A DNA stretch of 64,000 nt from Antedon mediterranea (Eukaryota > Animalia > Echinodermata): the NCBI RefSeq assembly GCF_964355755.1, contig NC_092678.1:8510422-8574421 (forward strand), read 5' to 3'. This document shows, piece by piece, positions 10,701-21,977 of the stretch. Below the pieces are notes generated by a model, which had not been told where the DNA came from, did no database searches, and was given only the letters and a program-made list of their open reading frames with translations. The position numbers and the translations under genes are program-made. Each line of letters begins with the position of its first letter. Position 1 is the first letter of the stretch.

Positions 10701-13700
10701 TAATAAAGCAAATAAAGTGTGGTCAGATATGGACCGTAACAATTTAGCAAGGTATAATGCCATTATTTTCGCATATAATTTTTCTAGCCCAAGCGAAACA
10801 TACATTGAAGTCTCTTTTCTACATATTGTCAACATTTTCGGGAGTTGAACATTTTGTGGTAAGGTTCCCAATTGCGAAAAATTAAAAGAACCAAAATAAT
10901 GGCATATACAGTAGTTTAAAATTTGGGTGAAGAATACTTGTTACCAAGTTGTCATCTCTTTTCATTTCACTACTTTATGCTTACCTCACCAACATATTCC
11001 ATAACAAAACAATTTTTCTTGATGTCTTTTAAACATTTAACACCCCATCCACGGCCATTATCAGTTTTGAAAATTGAGAGTGGAACTTTGCGCCCCTTCT
11101 GGACTACTCTGTTTTTACACCTCATACCACATTTACACAGCTTATTACACTCGTAAACGGGTGTGCCTGGTTGTACCTTGATTTTGCCTTTTAACGTATA
11201 AGCCATAGCAGTACCGCTGTTATGTGTACAACAACCGTCATCGGCTGAATAGCAATTATCACATTCGCAACCAACTATTGGGTCGTTTGGTATAAACACA
11301 CCTGGCCCGGCTTTATAATCTGTAATGTATGTGAAGTTTTTTGGAGGGCCTTCCAAGTCCACTTTATTTTCCACGGTAATTGGCGCAACGTTGCCGATTA
11401 TCTCATTTAAATCATTTTGCCATTTCAATAAATGCCTTTTCACCCTCTTTGCTTGGCAAGTAAGGTCTATTGGAACGATTGGGCCTTCAACTTTCATCTT
11501 CTTTGATAGTGTTTGATTTATTTCTTGTCGTCTTCTTTTTTTGGAACGTCTGCTTTGGTAGCGTTTTATTATTGCCGGACAGTTAAGATTCTGTCTAGGT
11601 TCCCACGTGTTTTCTGATGAACTGTACCCGACCCATTTTACCATGTACCATTCAGCTCCCTAAAGAACAAAACAGAATGCAATCTTGCAAAATTAAGAAT
11701 AGAAATTACATCTATAATGAAATGTCTATTTACAACTTGCAAGCTTATAAATTGATTTTTTATTTGACATAAAGTAAACAAAAAATAGAAGATTTCTTTA
11801 CTTGCACATCTATAAATTACTTGTCTTGTTTAGTATATATTTATTCCTTCACTTGCACTGATGAAGGGCTAGTGTTGCCCGAAAGCTCTGCTAACTTTTA
11901 TGGCTGTTTTACTTCTCGTTTTGATTTAGCTTTTCGCTTTTATTTTGTATCTCCTTTGAGATCCAGCATTGTCATTTTTTCAGTACCGTACTGACGCGGG
12001 TATAAGCCCACCCCCCTCGAACATGAAATCACGTCAAGTTTGGGGGGTGGGCTTATACCCGAGGATCCAAAAATGCAGATCGTCAAAAACAGCACATTAC
12101 ACTGTATTCCACCATGCGAGCGAGCGCCCTCACGTGTACGACGTTGCCTCTCACACACGAGGTGTAGAGTGTCGGAAAATTAAGTTTAAAGTTCGTGTAA
12201 TTTATCGTAGAATATCTTATTTTAAACATCAATTTAACAAGAATTTATCAAGCAGAAAAGCAAGTATACAATGTTCGTTAAATAGAAATGTACCAAAGAA
12301 ATTTAATAAGCTTGTTTATGGCAGCCGATACCAAATAGTGGTTTTCCCGTTTTGGCGACTTGTAGCGTCGTGTGTGAAGCGATCTTCGACGGCGATGGAG
12401 TGTAAACAAAACAGGACCGCTAGGCCTCATATGGCCTAGCGTATATTAGCCTAGCTTGGTTATGATCTAAGGTAGGTGTATTCGGTGTATGGACGTCGCC
12501 AAATACAAAATAATGTATTACGACACGCACTGTAGATCTTCGAATTAATGGGTGGGCTTATACCCGAGTGCCTCATTTTTCATGAAAATTAGTCAAAAGT
12601 CGGGGGTGGGCTTATACCCGAGTATGGGCTTATACCCGCGTCAGTACGGTAATTTGCCTTTGGATATATTATATGTATATGGCTACACATGTATTAGATT
12701 ACAAAATCTATTTCACAGCAGATTTTTAAAAGGAAGATAAATGTTGACATGGTTTTGGTCATTTCTGGTGTATTACTACTAATTAAACCTGGGCTTTCTT
12801 AACAAATAGAAACCTCTGCACAGCATATTTTATTTAGGTTAGTGTCACTCAGTGGTGCGACTTCAGTGGTGTCACTATGTGGTGACACATCAGTGGTGTC
12901 ACTTTGTGGTATCATTTTGTGGTGCCAATTCAGTGGTGTCACTTTGTGTTGACACTCCAGTGGTGTCATTCCACTGTTGTCACTTTAGTGGTGTCACTTT
13001 AGTGGTGTCATTTCAGTGTTGCCACTTCAGTGGTGTCACTTGATTATTGGTTGTGGCGCTATGTGTGTCACTTTGTGGTGGCACCCTGTGGTGTCACTTT
13101 GTAGAAATGTCGTTTCATGGTGTAATTACAAGTACTTACATCAGAATCTTTGCAACAATCCACAATATCTTCTACTTCATAACTATCGTCATCTTCAGAT
13201 TCAGCCGGCATGGTACCTGAAATTAACAAAGCCAATTTTGTAATGCTGTATAGATGTGTATTGAGAGGTTTATTATTTTTCGCGCCCTGCCTTTAGGCAG
13301 TTATATTCAAGAGGACAGAAGCATTAGGAAACTGTATCACGCAAAAGCTTATAGTTTTTAGGAAGGCTGAAAAAATGAGAATTTGTAAAACATACACAAA
13401 CCCCAAAGCATGTCTGGGAGAAGAGAGTCTATGAGATGTATGCAGTTAATATTATGTAAGGCCTGTTCAATGAACAACGTTTTGGCTGTTAACACATAGG
13501 CTGGGCATTTTATACCATCAATTTATCATTGAATAATGATCAAAACAATCCTTTGATTGACTCCCGAGGATGATCAAAGCATATTGATCGAAACGTCAAG
13601 AAACTCAACAGTTCTTTTCAGAACTAATGTACGTGGTGTACTGCAAACCTTATATCAACATTTGATTTCGCCATGCAAACCCTCAAACAATATATAAAAC

Positions 13701-16700
13701 AATCCTTCCTCTTTGGTAAATATTTTTGGAAAATAGATGAAGAATTGTTTGTTGATGGCTGGGAAATTTTGTTTTCTGGAAGGTTGGGTTATGTCGGTCA
13801 CTACAGTACAACCTTAGAGACCAACACCTCTACACTGGATTATATACAGTACTTACTATAGGATTATATTTTTGTTCTGAACAGTTAAGGTCACAGGCTA
13901 CTGTATAATTATTTCAGACTATATTTATGTCACACAACATGACTACTTGTTATATAAAAATAATCGATAATAAATAGGCCTAAATTATTATTTCTTAAAT
14001 TATTAAATAAAAAGAATTTTTAATTAAAAACAAGTACTATTTAATGAAGAAACAACAATAATTTAAAACGTCAAATCTTCAGGACCTCAGTCCAACCATG
14101 GTTGGGGGAAAGACAATGAATAATAGAGCTGCTGCTAGGGCCCTGAAATTGCACTATAGTTGTATACTTTGAAAATAAAACAATAAAGTATAATCTTCTC
14201 CAGGACCTCAGCCTCACCTCGGTTGAGATGAGACAAAGGTAATAAAATTGTGAAAACATGTGTTGTAAGCAAAAAAAAAAATCAAACTGCATTTCTTTCT
14301 ACTACTATTCTAGTTGACGTCAGTTTAGTTCAGTATAGACATTTAAAAAATGAATTGATCAATTAAACATTTTGAAAAGCAGAAAAATCTTGGTGGACCA
14401 GGGATTCTCCTGCTTTTTTATGTTGTGTCCGGGTCTCCTGCTCAACCCTGAATTGTCAGGCTTTTCCAAATATTTTGTGTAATCTGAAATAAATAAACCT
14501 TGTATAGTATCTTCAATTACCTATGGGCACACAATATAAATGCAATTAATTCCCAGGTTTCTGATGATCCTAAGAGGAAAACTGCAGAAAATGAATAATG
14601 TGTTATTACAGAGAAAAGAAAATGTGACATTTCTAGGTGTAATTACCTAGAATTAAACGTTTATGATATTTACAAAGTAAACGTCATAGGATTTTTACAA
14701 AGTAAACGTCATAGGATTTATGGCAAACGTAACATTTAATGAATTACCCCATCATATTTTCAATTACTGTGACAGTATTAGGCCTACTCATAACCTCAGA
14801 ACAGAAACTGAATTCGAAATTCCCTTCACAAGACTAACTTGCAGTCAACAGTTTATACACATATGGACCACAATTGTGGAAAGAATTCACTTGTAATGGT
14901 GGTAATAAAACGGTTATTTTAAAGAAACAAAATAAATGTATAAATAAACAGGTCAAAAAATACTTTTTATCACTATAATGCTGATTAACAACACCATTGT
15001 TTATGGGAAATATAAGTTCTATTTACTTATATTGTTCTTATGTATCGGGTCCTACAAAAAAACTAAGCTACAGGTTTTTAATGCAGGATCCTTGTTGTAT
15101 TGCAATTATGATGTAATTGCTGACTTTAAAATAAATGTTGAATAAATTGAAAAAAATTGAAATATGGACGAATTAACTAGATGCAACACAATTTCCAACA
15201 TTGAATTATACTGTAATTCCTTTACTTCTAATTTGGCTATCAGTATCAACATATCGGATTATAATAATACTACTGTATGTTGTATAATAAAATAATATTT
15301 GAGATTGAGTGCATGTTTTTAATGCTTTATGTAACGTCCACCAACCACATGAACTTGCTCTATTACTAGTACAGCATCGACGTTGTTGCCCGTTATTAAA
15401 CTTCTGGATTCAACATTGCTAGGTCTAGCCCCGGGGCCAAGTCACAGTATCAGCGCACACAACCATGCAGCCTGGCGCCTCCGATAGTCCTTCTCTACAG
15501 ACGCGATATGAAAAAAAAATCCTAAGTCCTTATACGATGACGTCACACACGTACCCATTGGCTGATTATGACGTAATGCAATTTTACCGTACCTTAGCAA
15601 ACGGAAGCATGGCATTTATCGTTTGCTTTAACTGCTAGCATGCTACACGGGAGTGTTATTTCCAAAAATATTAGAAACTATAGAAGGTAGGGTTATAAAA
15701 TCCAATTTAAACATGTATTTACTTTTTAAATAGAAATGTTTTCATCTGGCGTAATAGAGGTTAAAATAATATATCATTACTAATATTATTATTCATATTA
15801 ATAAATAGGGCCTATCTAAGAAAATTTTCTCGGTTACTAATCAATACATTCACTAAACAAAAACAAATTATTTTCTATTTTTTAATACAGCGAGATAACA
15901 ATATTTGCTATCATGATGACGATTTTAGATATGTGTTTTACATATTGAAATTAAAATATGGTTTATGATTTTTAAAACCGTGAATTGTTTTTTAAAAAAT
16001 AAAATGTTATACGGACTCATATCGTCACCGTTTTGATATGTACAGCAGGTTCTTTATAAAACCACACTGCAGTTTAAAAATAAAAACATATAATAAAACA
16101 TACATTGATTTCTGGCAAATTTCTGATTCTAAAAAGGCCACAGTTCGATCGAAGTATTCGCGGAAAAGGAGCTGTTTTGAAAGGCATTTTTTATTGTGAT
16201 AAATGTAATTTAATGGTGGCTAAATCATGGGAACATGTTACATAATGGCCCAAAATTGTATGATCTGAGTATGAGAAAAAAATTAGGTGAGAAATCGAAG
16301 ATTTAACAGTGTGGTGCGAAACTGCAGCAGCGCCCTCAAATACTTAATAATAATACTAGGCCCAGCCAGGCTATATGCCCTAATAATATATTAATTAATA
16401 ATAATAATAATAAAGTCTAAATTTTGAACATTCAGGGGTTAAAATGTCTGGCCTAGGCTAGGCTTATTAAATAGCCGTATTAAATATTGGTGTAGCACAG
16501 GCCCGATTGAATGAGCAATTCAGTAAGTCAAATATCCATTATCAGCTTGTGCCCAGCGTAGCCCAAGTACCATACCAGCATATAGGGAGGGATCAAGGGA
16601 GGCCGGTCCGTGGCATCATCGTACAGTGTTTAAGAATCACGTGTCGGCCGCAGCCTAGACATTTGCCTAACACAGGTTAGTTGTTCAAACGTGTACAATT

Positions 16701-16835
16701 TATATTTGTATACATTACACTTAAATTATTCACAAAATAAACACAAACAATTTAAATGTCTACTCCTAGGTCCTACATCTCCTACTACGTACCAGCGGCA
16801 GTACCGCCATTCAATCCCTTCCCGCTAGTCGCCAT
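1745..16835 (-). CDS. SUV39H: Histone H3K9 methyltransferase of the SUV39H/Su(var)3-9 family (~456 aa)
   Basis: Exons 16835-16793, 13216-13140, 11659-10985, 9052-8900, 7651-7522 and 2037-1745, all GT-AG with matching phases (1371 nt). Chromodomain [26 protein letters not shown]; Cys-rich pre-SET; [43 protein letters not shown]; post-[16 protein letters not shown]. Cannot be assigned to vertebrate SUV39H1 vs SUV39H2. Confidence 0.95.
1832..1999 (-). repeat. Coding 21-bp tandem repeat, 8 units, encoding (S/T)P(E/D)KNxx, in the SUV39H last exon
   Basis: Plus-strand unit (g/c)ctattctt(t/g)tcaggtgtg(t/c)t; translation [14 protein letters not shown] x3 [28 protein letters not shown]. Confidence 0.95.
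2737..7413 (+). CDS. LINE ORF2 (2A-like peptide, endonuclease, reverse transcriptase), interrupted at 5886-7199
   Basis: Open from ATG 2737 to 5885. Joining 5885 to 7200 reads [19 protein letters not shown]...SELL* in frame. Confidence 0.85.
3121..3177 (+). other. 2A-like (StopGo) peptide [19 protein letters not shown]
   Basis: Matches the G-D-(V/I)-E-x-N-P-G-P consensus, upstream of the APE domain. Confidence 0.85.
5886..7199. mobile_element. Non-autonomous TIR element (hAT-like termini) inserted in LINE ORF2
   Basis: TIRs cagggctcgaaatt(c)ac / gtaaatttcgagccctg; many subterminal (g)ctag motifs; termini related to 51758-52912. Confidence 0.85.
9676..10443. mobile_element. PIF/Harbinger-like MITE
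   Basis: TIRs gggcgcgtttatacaacacgcta / tagggtgttgtataaacacgacc, with TAA on both sides. Confidence 0.75.
11855..11891 (+). ncRNA. Minimal type I hammerhead ribozyme (Penelope-associated form)
   Basis: gca-CTGATGA-a-gggc(tagtgtt)gccc-GAAA-gc-TC-tgc: intact core, 4-bp stem II, palindromic AGCT stem III, 3-bp stem I. Confidence 0.75.
11986..12649. mobile_element. Tc1/mariner-pogo-like MITE
   Basis: Perfect TIRs ccgtactgacgcgggtataagccca / tgggcttatacccgcgtcagtacgg, TA TSD, internal repeats of gggcttatacccg. Confidence 0.88.
12841..13102. repeat. Degenerate ~13-bp minisatellite (gtggtgtcact core)
   Basis: Many imperfect copies of cagtggtgtcact next to SUV39H exon 2. Confidence 0.8.
13561..13600 (+). 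ncRNA. Degenerate minimal hammerhead motif
   Basis: ctc-CCGAGGA-t-gatcaa(agcata)ttgatc-GAAA-cg-TC-aag; core U4 changed to C and one stem I mismatch. Confidence 0.5.
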
Positions 16836-16980
16836 TTTTTGTTTTGAATGTTCTTCTACTTATTCTGGTTTCTCATTGGTCAAAACAAACCGGATTATTT
16901 TACCACCAACGCACACTCTCTCTCTCTCTCCATATTATAATATCAAAGATAGTCTACTAACTACACACTATCTTTGATAT
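16836..16980 (-). promoter_or_regulatory. Probable SUV39H 5' UTR/core promoter
   Basis: YY1-like AAAATGGCG at the start codon; CCAAT box (attgg 16875-16879); CHR-like TTTGAA 16843-16848; palindrome atcaaagatagt...actatctttgat at ~16942-16978. Confidence 0.4.
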
Positions 16981-17814
16981 TATTAGGTTTATTTTTAGAA
17001 CGCATTGACAATATATATATACATATATATATTTCACGCTGCTGCTTTAGCCAGCTACGACCCAAGAGGACTACTGATTCAGAAGCTAAAGCAAGCAGCA
17101 GTTATAGTTCTAGAGGCCGACGTTTTTGATAATTTGTAAACTTGGACGGTTCATGCTAAAATTACAACCCCAAAGCACGTCTGGGAGAAGAGAGTCTAGT
17201 TAAACATTTGCTGATGATAATACAGTATTATAGATGCATGTAGACAGTAATCTGTAAAATCTTGTTCAATAAATAATTACTTTGTTCTTGCTGCTGTCAG
17301 CATAGGCCAGTATTATAATAATTCACTGTCAAATAATCAAAACAATATTTCTGGTATTTACAATGAGTCCCATTTGACTGTCAATCTAGACCGATATTAT
17401 AATAGGCCTACTGTAATTTGTAAATTTTGAAAATTTTAAGCGCGCGTACGCATGCGTTACATGCGCTACGCACGTAATTGTATTGCCATATATGATGATT
17501 TATGCCCTGAAATTTATGAGTACCAAATTTTATTTAATTGTGATTCATGGTTGTGAAGATGATTACAAACGTGATTTCGTTAAATCGTGCATGGACCGCG
17601 TAATTTTTTTATTGAGCACCGTGAAAACATTATAACCACATCGATTCCTGGCCATAAGGAATATACTGTAAAAAATTGACTTAGCTAGATCAAACTGATA
17701 TCAAGATAAGGTCATATACAAGTTAGTGTTTACCGACCGACCAACCGACCGACAGTGAGCTGTCGAGTCTGTAGAATAAAAATATTAAATAATAAAGATA
17801 AAGGTGACTCTTGT

Positions 17815-18205
17815 TAATTGTATTCCTACTTCACATTTAAAGTATTCTCCAATTTTGTTGCCAACCTTTACATGCCCTTTTAGTTTACTATACATTGTTT
17901 TTATAACTTTGATTATTTTACCTTTTATACCAGATTTTCTAAGTTTACTTATAAGAAAATCGTGTCTAATAGAATCGAAAGCGCGCCTTAAATCTATAAA
18001 CGCCATGTACACAGTTCCTCGTTTTTTTGGAGAGATATTTGTTAAAAATTGTGTCTAAAATAAATATGTTATCAATCGTACGACAATCTTTTCTAAACCC
18101 TCCCTGTTCTTGATGTAATAGGCCTATTTCATTTTCTTCTGCTCATTTGCTTAATCTATTGCTTATAATGTATAAAAATACCTTGCCTAAAGTGGATATT
18201 AATAA
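17815..18205 (-). pseudogene. Decayed LINE reverse transcriptase fragment
   Basis: GKVFLYIISNRL, EQGGFRKDCRTIDNIF, YMAFIDLRRAFDSIRHDFLISKL; interrupted by a stop and a frameshift. Confidence 0.8.
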
Positions 18206-18579
18206 GCACATCATCTTTTACAGATTCAGTATTTTTTATTTTCAATTTCAATTGCACAATTATGACATATCAAAGTATGAATTATTGTTGTATTTTACTT
18301 CAAATACAACTTATGTAACAAAAAAATATTATTTATTCACGTATAAAAAAAAGAAAAGAACTTACGTTAAATTACAACCCAAAAACCATTGTCTGACAGA
18401 CAATTTAAGTATTTTTTGCTTTAAATTACATTTTTTCAGGTAAATAATTATTTGGTTGATGTGAATAACTATTATGTGACAATGAAATGACACATTCAAA
18501 AACAAATTTGAAATAAAAAATATTTTTCAGGGGGACAATATACTGTATCTTTAAAACTGTAAACTTCCAAATAAATAAA

Positions 18580-19080
18580 GAGAAAGATCACTGGTACCGA
18601 TTCGACCAAATTGACCAGTCACATGGCGAAAACTGAAGTTACCTCCAAAAAACCTTCGACACCGTGGACCACAATGTTTTATATTGGAAGATAGGTCCAT
18701 GGGAATAATCTACTCATGACCTCCTATATATAGTTTGCAACACACAATTACTATTAGTTAACAACAAAAATTCTGATCTACCTTAGCTAAAATATATGAG
18801 CAGATAACTCTGGTTGATAATAAATTATTAATTAACTCATATAAACCGAGGCTAGGCCTATCCGATTTTGAACAAATCACAAATTAAAACAATCCAATAA
18901 CTTCTCGACTTATTGTAACTTTAATTATACAATCAACATGTATAAATTACATAGGTTTGTCACTCTTGATCAGTCATAAATAGTAAAAATGGTGTTAATA
19001 CAGTCAAACATGTGCAAGACCAAGTTTGTGTAGGCATTACGGTATTCTGCAAGTTAATGTAAATTACAAAGTCTTGCAAA
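18580..19080 (+). pseudogene. Highly decayed CR1/L2-type RT remnant
   Basis: Residual LQKTFDTVDHN and a VTLDQ-like segment in broken frames. Confidence 0.45.
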
Positions 19081-20458
19081 ATGATTAGGTTCGGTAGGCC
19101 CTATGCTTACAATTCATGAATGACCTCTTCATGTGGACAACAGTTAGAGCTATCTAGAAAATAGAGCTGTTCAAATTAGATTAAATACAGTTCTTTTGTA
19201 CAACTCTAAACCACGTTTGTACTGTAAATGTTAACTTTAAGAAAGTTGGTGATCAACATAAGTGTGGTGTAAGTTTCATTTCACATAAGAGAATGGGAAA
19301 CTATTAAGTTTTATTTAAAACAGCTGGAAAGCACCATTTTCTACACACCACGAACTCTTATGGAAAATTCCAGGTTATTTAAAACTACTTTTATAGAGCC
19401 TAATGGAAATAAAGCTGTTTAATTTTGTTTTGTGGGCTATCCTGCTTCTTTTAAAACTTTTATTTGAATATTAGGGCTAAGTCTTCTGATATCATGTCTT
19501 CTTTTAATGGAATGTTTATAGGTCCTACGTTTATATCCATTTTTAGTATATTGCTTGTAAATCTTGTTCTCCTTACATTCATCATATTCAAGGAACTATA
19601 ACGCAAGAACAACTTTTCTCTTCAACTTGATGCTTTATTAGGAAGTTGTTTAGTTTTATCCGCCTAAAACCAATTTATAAGGAAATAAGAGGAAGATTTG
19701 TTTTTCTTTTAAATTTTAGATTTGTTCCTCTCTACAAAAAAACAATAAATATTCATAACAAAAACAAAATATTAATATCCTAGACAGATTAGGTATTCTA
19801 AATCTTGATATATTATACGTAAAAAAAACATTATTTATCTGCACGACGACATTACACAGGTAAGTCTAATCTATAATCTAGTCTATTTCATTAACAATTG
19901 AACAGCTTGGCATTTCATGCCATAGCGATATTTTTCTTTAAAAAAATTGTAGACTTGCAACAATTTCCACTTCTACTATTAAATATCATTTCTTTATAAT
20001 AGTGATAATAATTATAATAATATTTAAAAGCAGATCAGGATCTTGGATATATTGATTTAAAGTTCAGTTTGAGAATTGCCTCATTTCACCATGTCTGAAA
20101 ATCTAACCATAATATTGGTTCACCTAATATCACAATCAAATAAGAGATGTCTTATTGTTTCACTGTATGACATTACACAGTCAATATTTGACCAATCTCA
20201 TGCTCGAGTTGGTCATAAGGCATTCATGTTGATTTTGTATTAAAATTGAAATGAATGTGTTTTGATATCCTGACAGAATTTGAAAGGTAGATGGTAAATA
20301 GAATTCATTATCTATATTTTACTATTCAATTGACATAACGGGGATTCTTTAATCTTTATTATTTATATCTAATATTTGAGCCTTTGTTGACGTCTTTTTA
20401 TAATCCCTTTCACCAGCTGTTATTTAAAAACCTTTCTTTTTACAATAATTTCTGTTAA

Positions 20459-20793
20459 AGATGTATTGTCCCCCTGAAAAAATAATTCTTAAAACATTTT
20501 TTTTTAATATTCCATTTTAATGTAAATAATAGGTATCCACTTTGACCAAAAATTGGATCGAAAAAAATATATATATTTACCTGAAAAATGTCATTTAAAG
20601 CAAAAAATGGTCAAATTGGCTGCCCCAGCCAATGCCTTTTTGGTTGAATTGAACCATTTGTTTTGTCATTTTATACGTGAAAAGTTTTTTTTTCTATGGA
20701 AGTGATTAAATTTATTAAAACTACAAAAATAACATATTCAAAGTCTGATTTAATTGATGTTCATTTTTCATATTTTTCGGGGACGATACATCT
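20459..20793. mobile_element. Kolobok-like MITE (TTAA target)
   Basis: TTAA-agatgtattgtcccc ... ggggacgatacatct-TTAA. Related copies at 24413-24756 (inverted), ~8300-8590, ~18210-18550, ~32990-33290 and 55371-57550. Confidence 0.75.
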
Positions 20794-21977
20794 TTAAACT
20801 CTCACTGTAGTGTCACTCTCCAGAGTAATGAAATTGCAGAAATCACACTTCTCTACCTTTTGGGTTTGGGTTCTTATCATGATAGATCATCATGTAGATT
20901 ATTCTTGTCTTGTCCTGTCTTTGCTTCTTGAGACTGCCGTTGTCTTTTGTCTAAATCCTCCATATTATTATGCGGAATTATTAGATAAGAAATATGTTGC
21001 TGCCGTGGTGTATTCACACACGCATATAATAATTATATAAGTAGTATTATTTGTCACGTACATGTATTGCTTTATCGCTACAGTATCACGAAAAAATATG
21101 TGTATTATTACAATTTATAGTCATGATAAATTTAACTGGAACTAAAGCTAGCACTACAATCCGCGAAGTTCTTTTTTTCAGTCTCTACGAGTCTTTATGA
21201 TTGGTGAGTGATTTCGAAGAGGAAAGTTAAAGTAATATTACAATTTATTCATTTTCGAGAAAAATTGTGTAATACACAGTTTAGTCACGGATCCAACTAC
21301 GTATTTTATCCAGTTATAAAATATCGTTACCGGTATTATATATTTTTCTTTTGTGTAACCACTCTCTCCCCATCCACTCTTAATCTTTCATCGACCATGA
21401 AAAAACCGTTTGACCAAACTGTTTGAGAAAACCACTCAAATAGGCCTCTTATGTCATCATAATTATTATCATACGAATTCAACCATTTCTAATAGCCTTT
21501 ATACATCTGCATCGAAATCTTACGGAGAACATCCAATGAGGCCTGTTTTTTAAAATTCCAAATCGTTACTGCGCATGTGTGCTGTCTGATATTCAACTGA
21601 CTATCACAATCAAAGTACGCTAAGCGAAAATAATTCAACAAAGCAAAACCAATTTGTTGGTTTAGCTGATTTATTATGTATACAAAGAAATTTATTTGCA
21701 TAAAACAGGTGGTTTGTAGAAAGACCCTATGCCTGCAAGATTTGAAATATTTAGCTAAAATGATTCAGTCGCAGTGGAACCCAGCAAGAAGTTTTAATTT
21801 AAATTATTAAAAACAAATTTCAGAAAAACATATACATGTACATTTAATGTCAATTCTGTCTGAAACAGCGATTGGGTAACAGCAATATATATTAAATTAA
21901 AATATGTAAATTAGCCATTGAAAAATGCAGACATAGGGACTTTTTTGTAGTAAACAAGTTAAGTTATTAAATTGTTG

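Noticed and set aside
14558-14592. Hammerhead-like ctgatga-tcc..gga-aaactgcag
   Set aside because: No properly placed GAAA or UH cleavage site; at best a heavily decayed copy.
15530-15615. Possible alternative SUV39H first exon near CRE/CCAAT motifs
   Set aside because: Both ATGs are out of phase with exon 2; no other support.
16063-16312. CACACTG...CAGTGTG, resembling Transib/RSS ends
   Set aside because: Very short match, no 5-bp TSD, no nonamer.
13217-21977. Insect-type eIF2gamma/Su(var)3-9 shared-exon arrangement
   Set aside because: No eIF2gamma-like exons seen; SUV39H has its own in-phase first exon.
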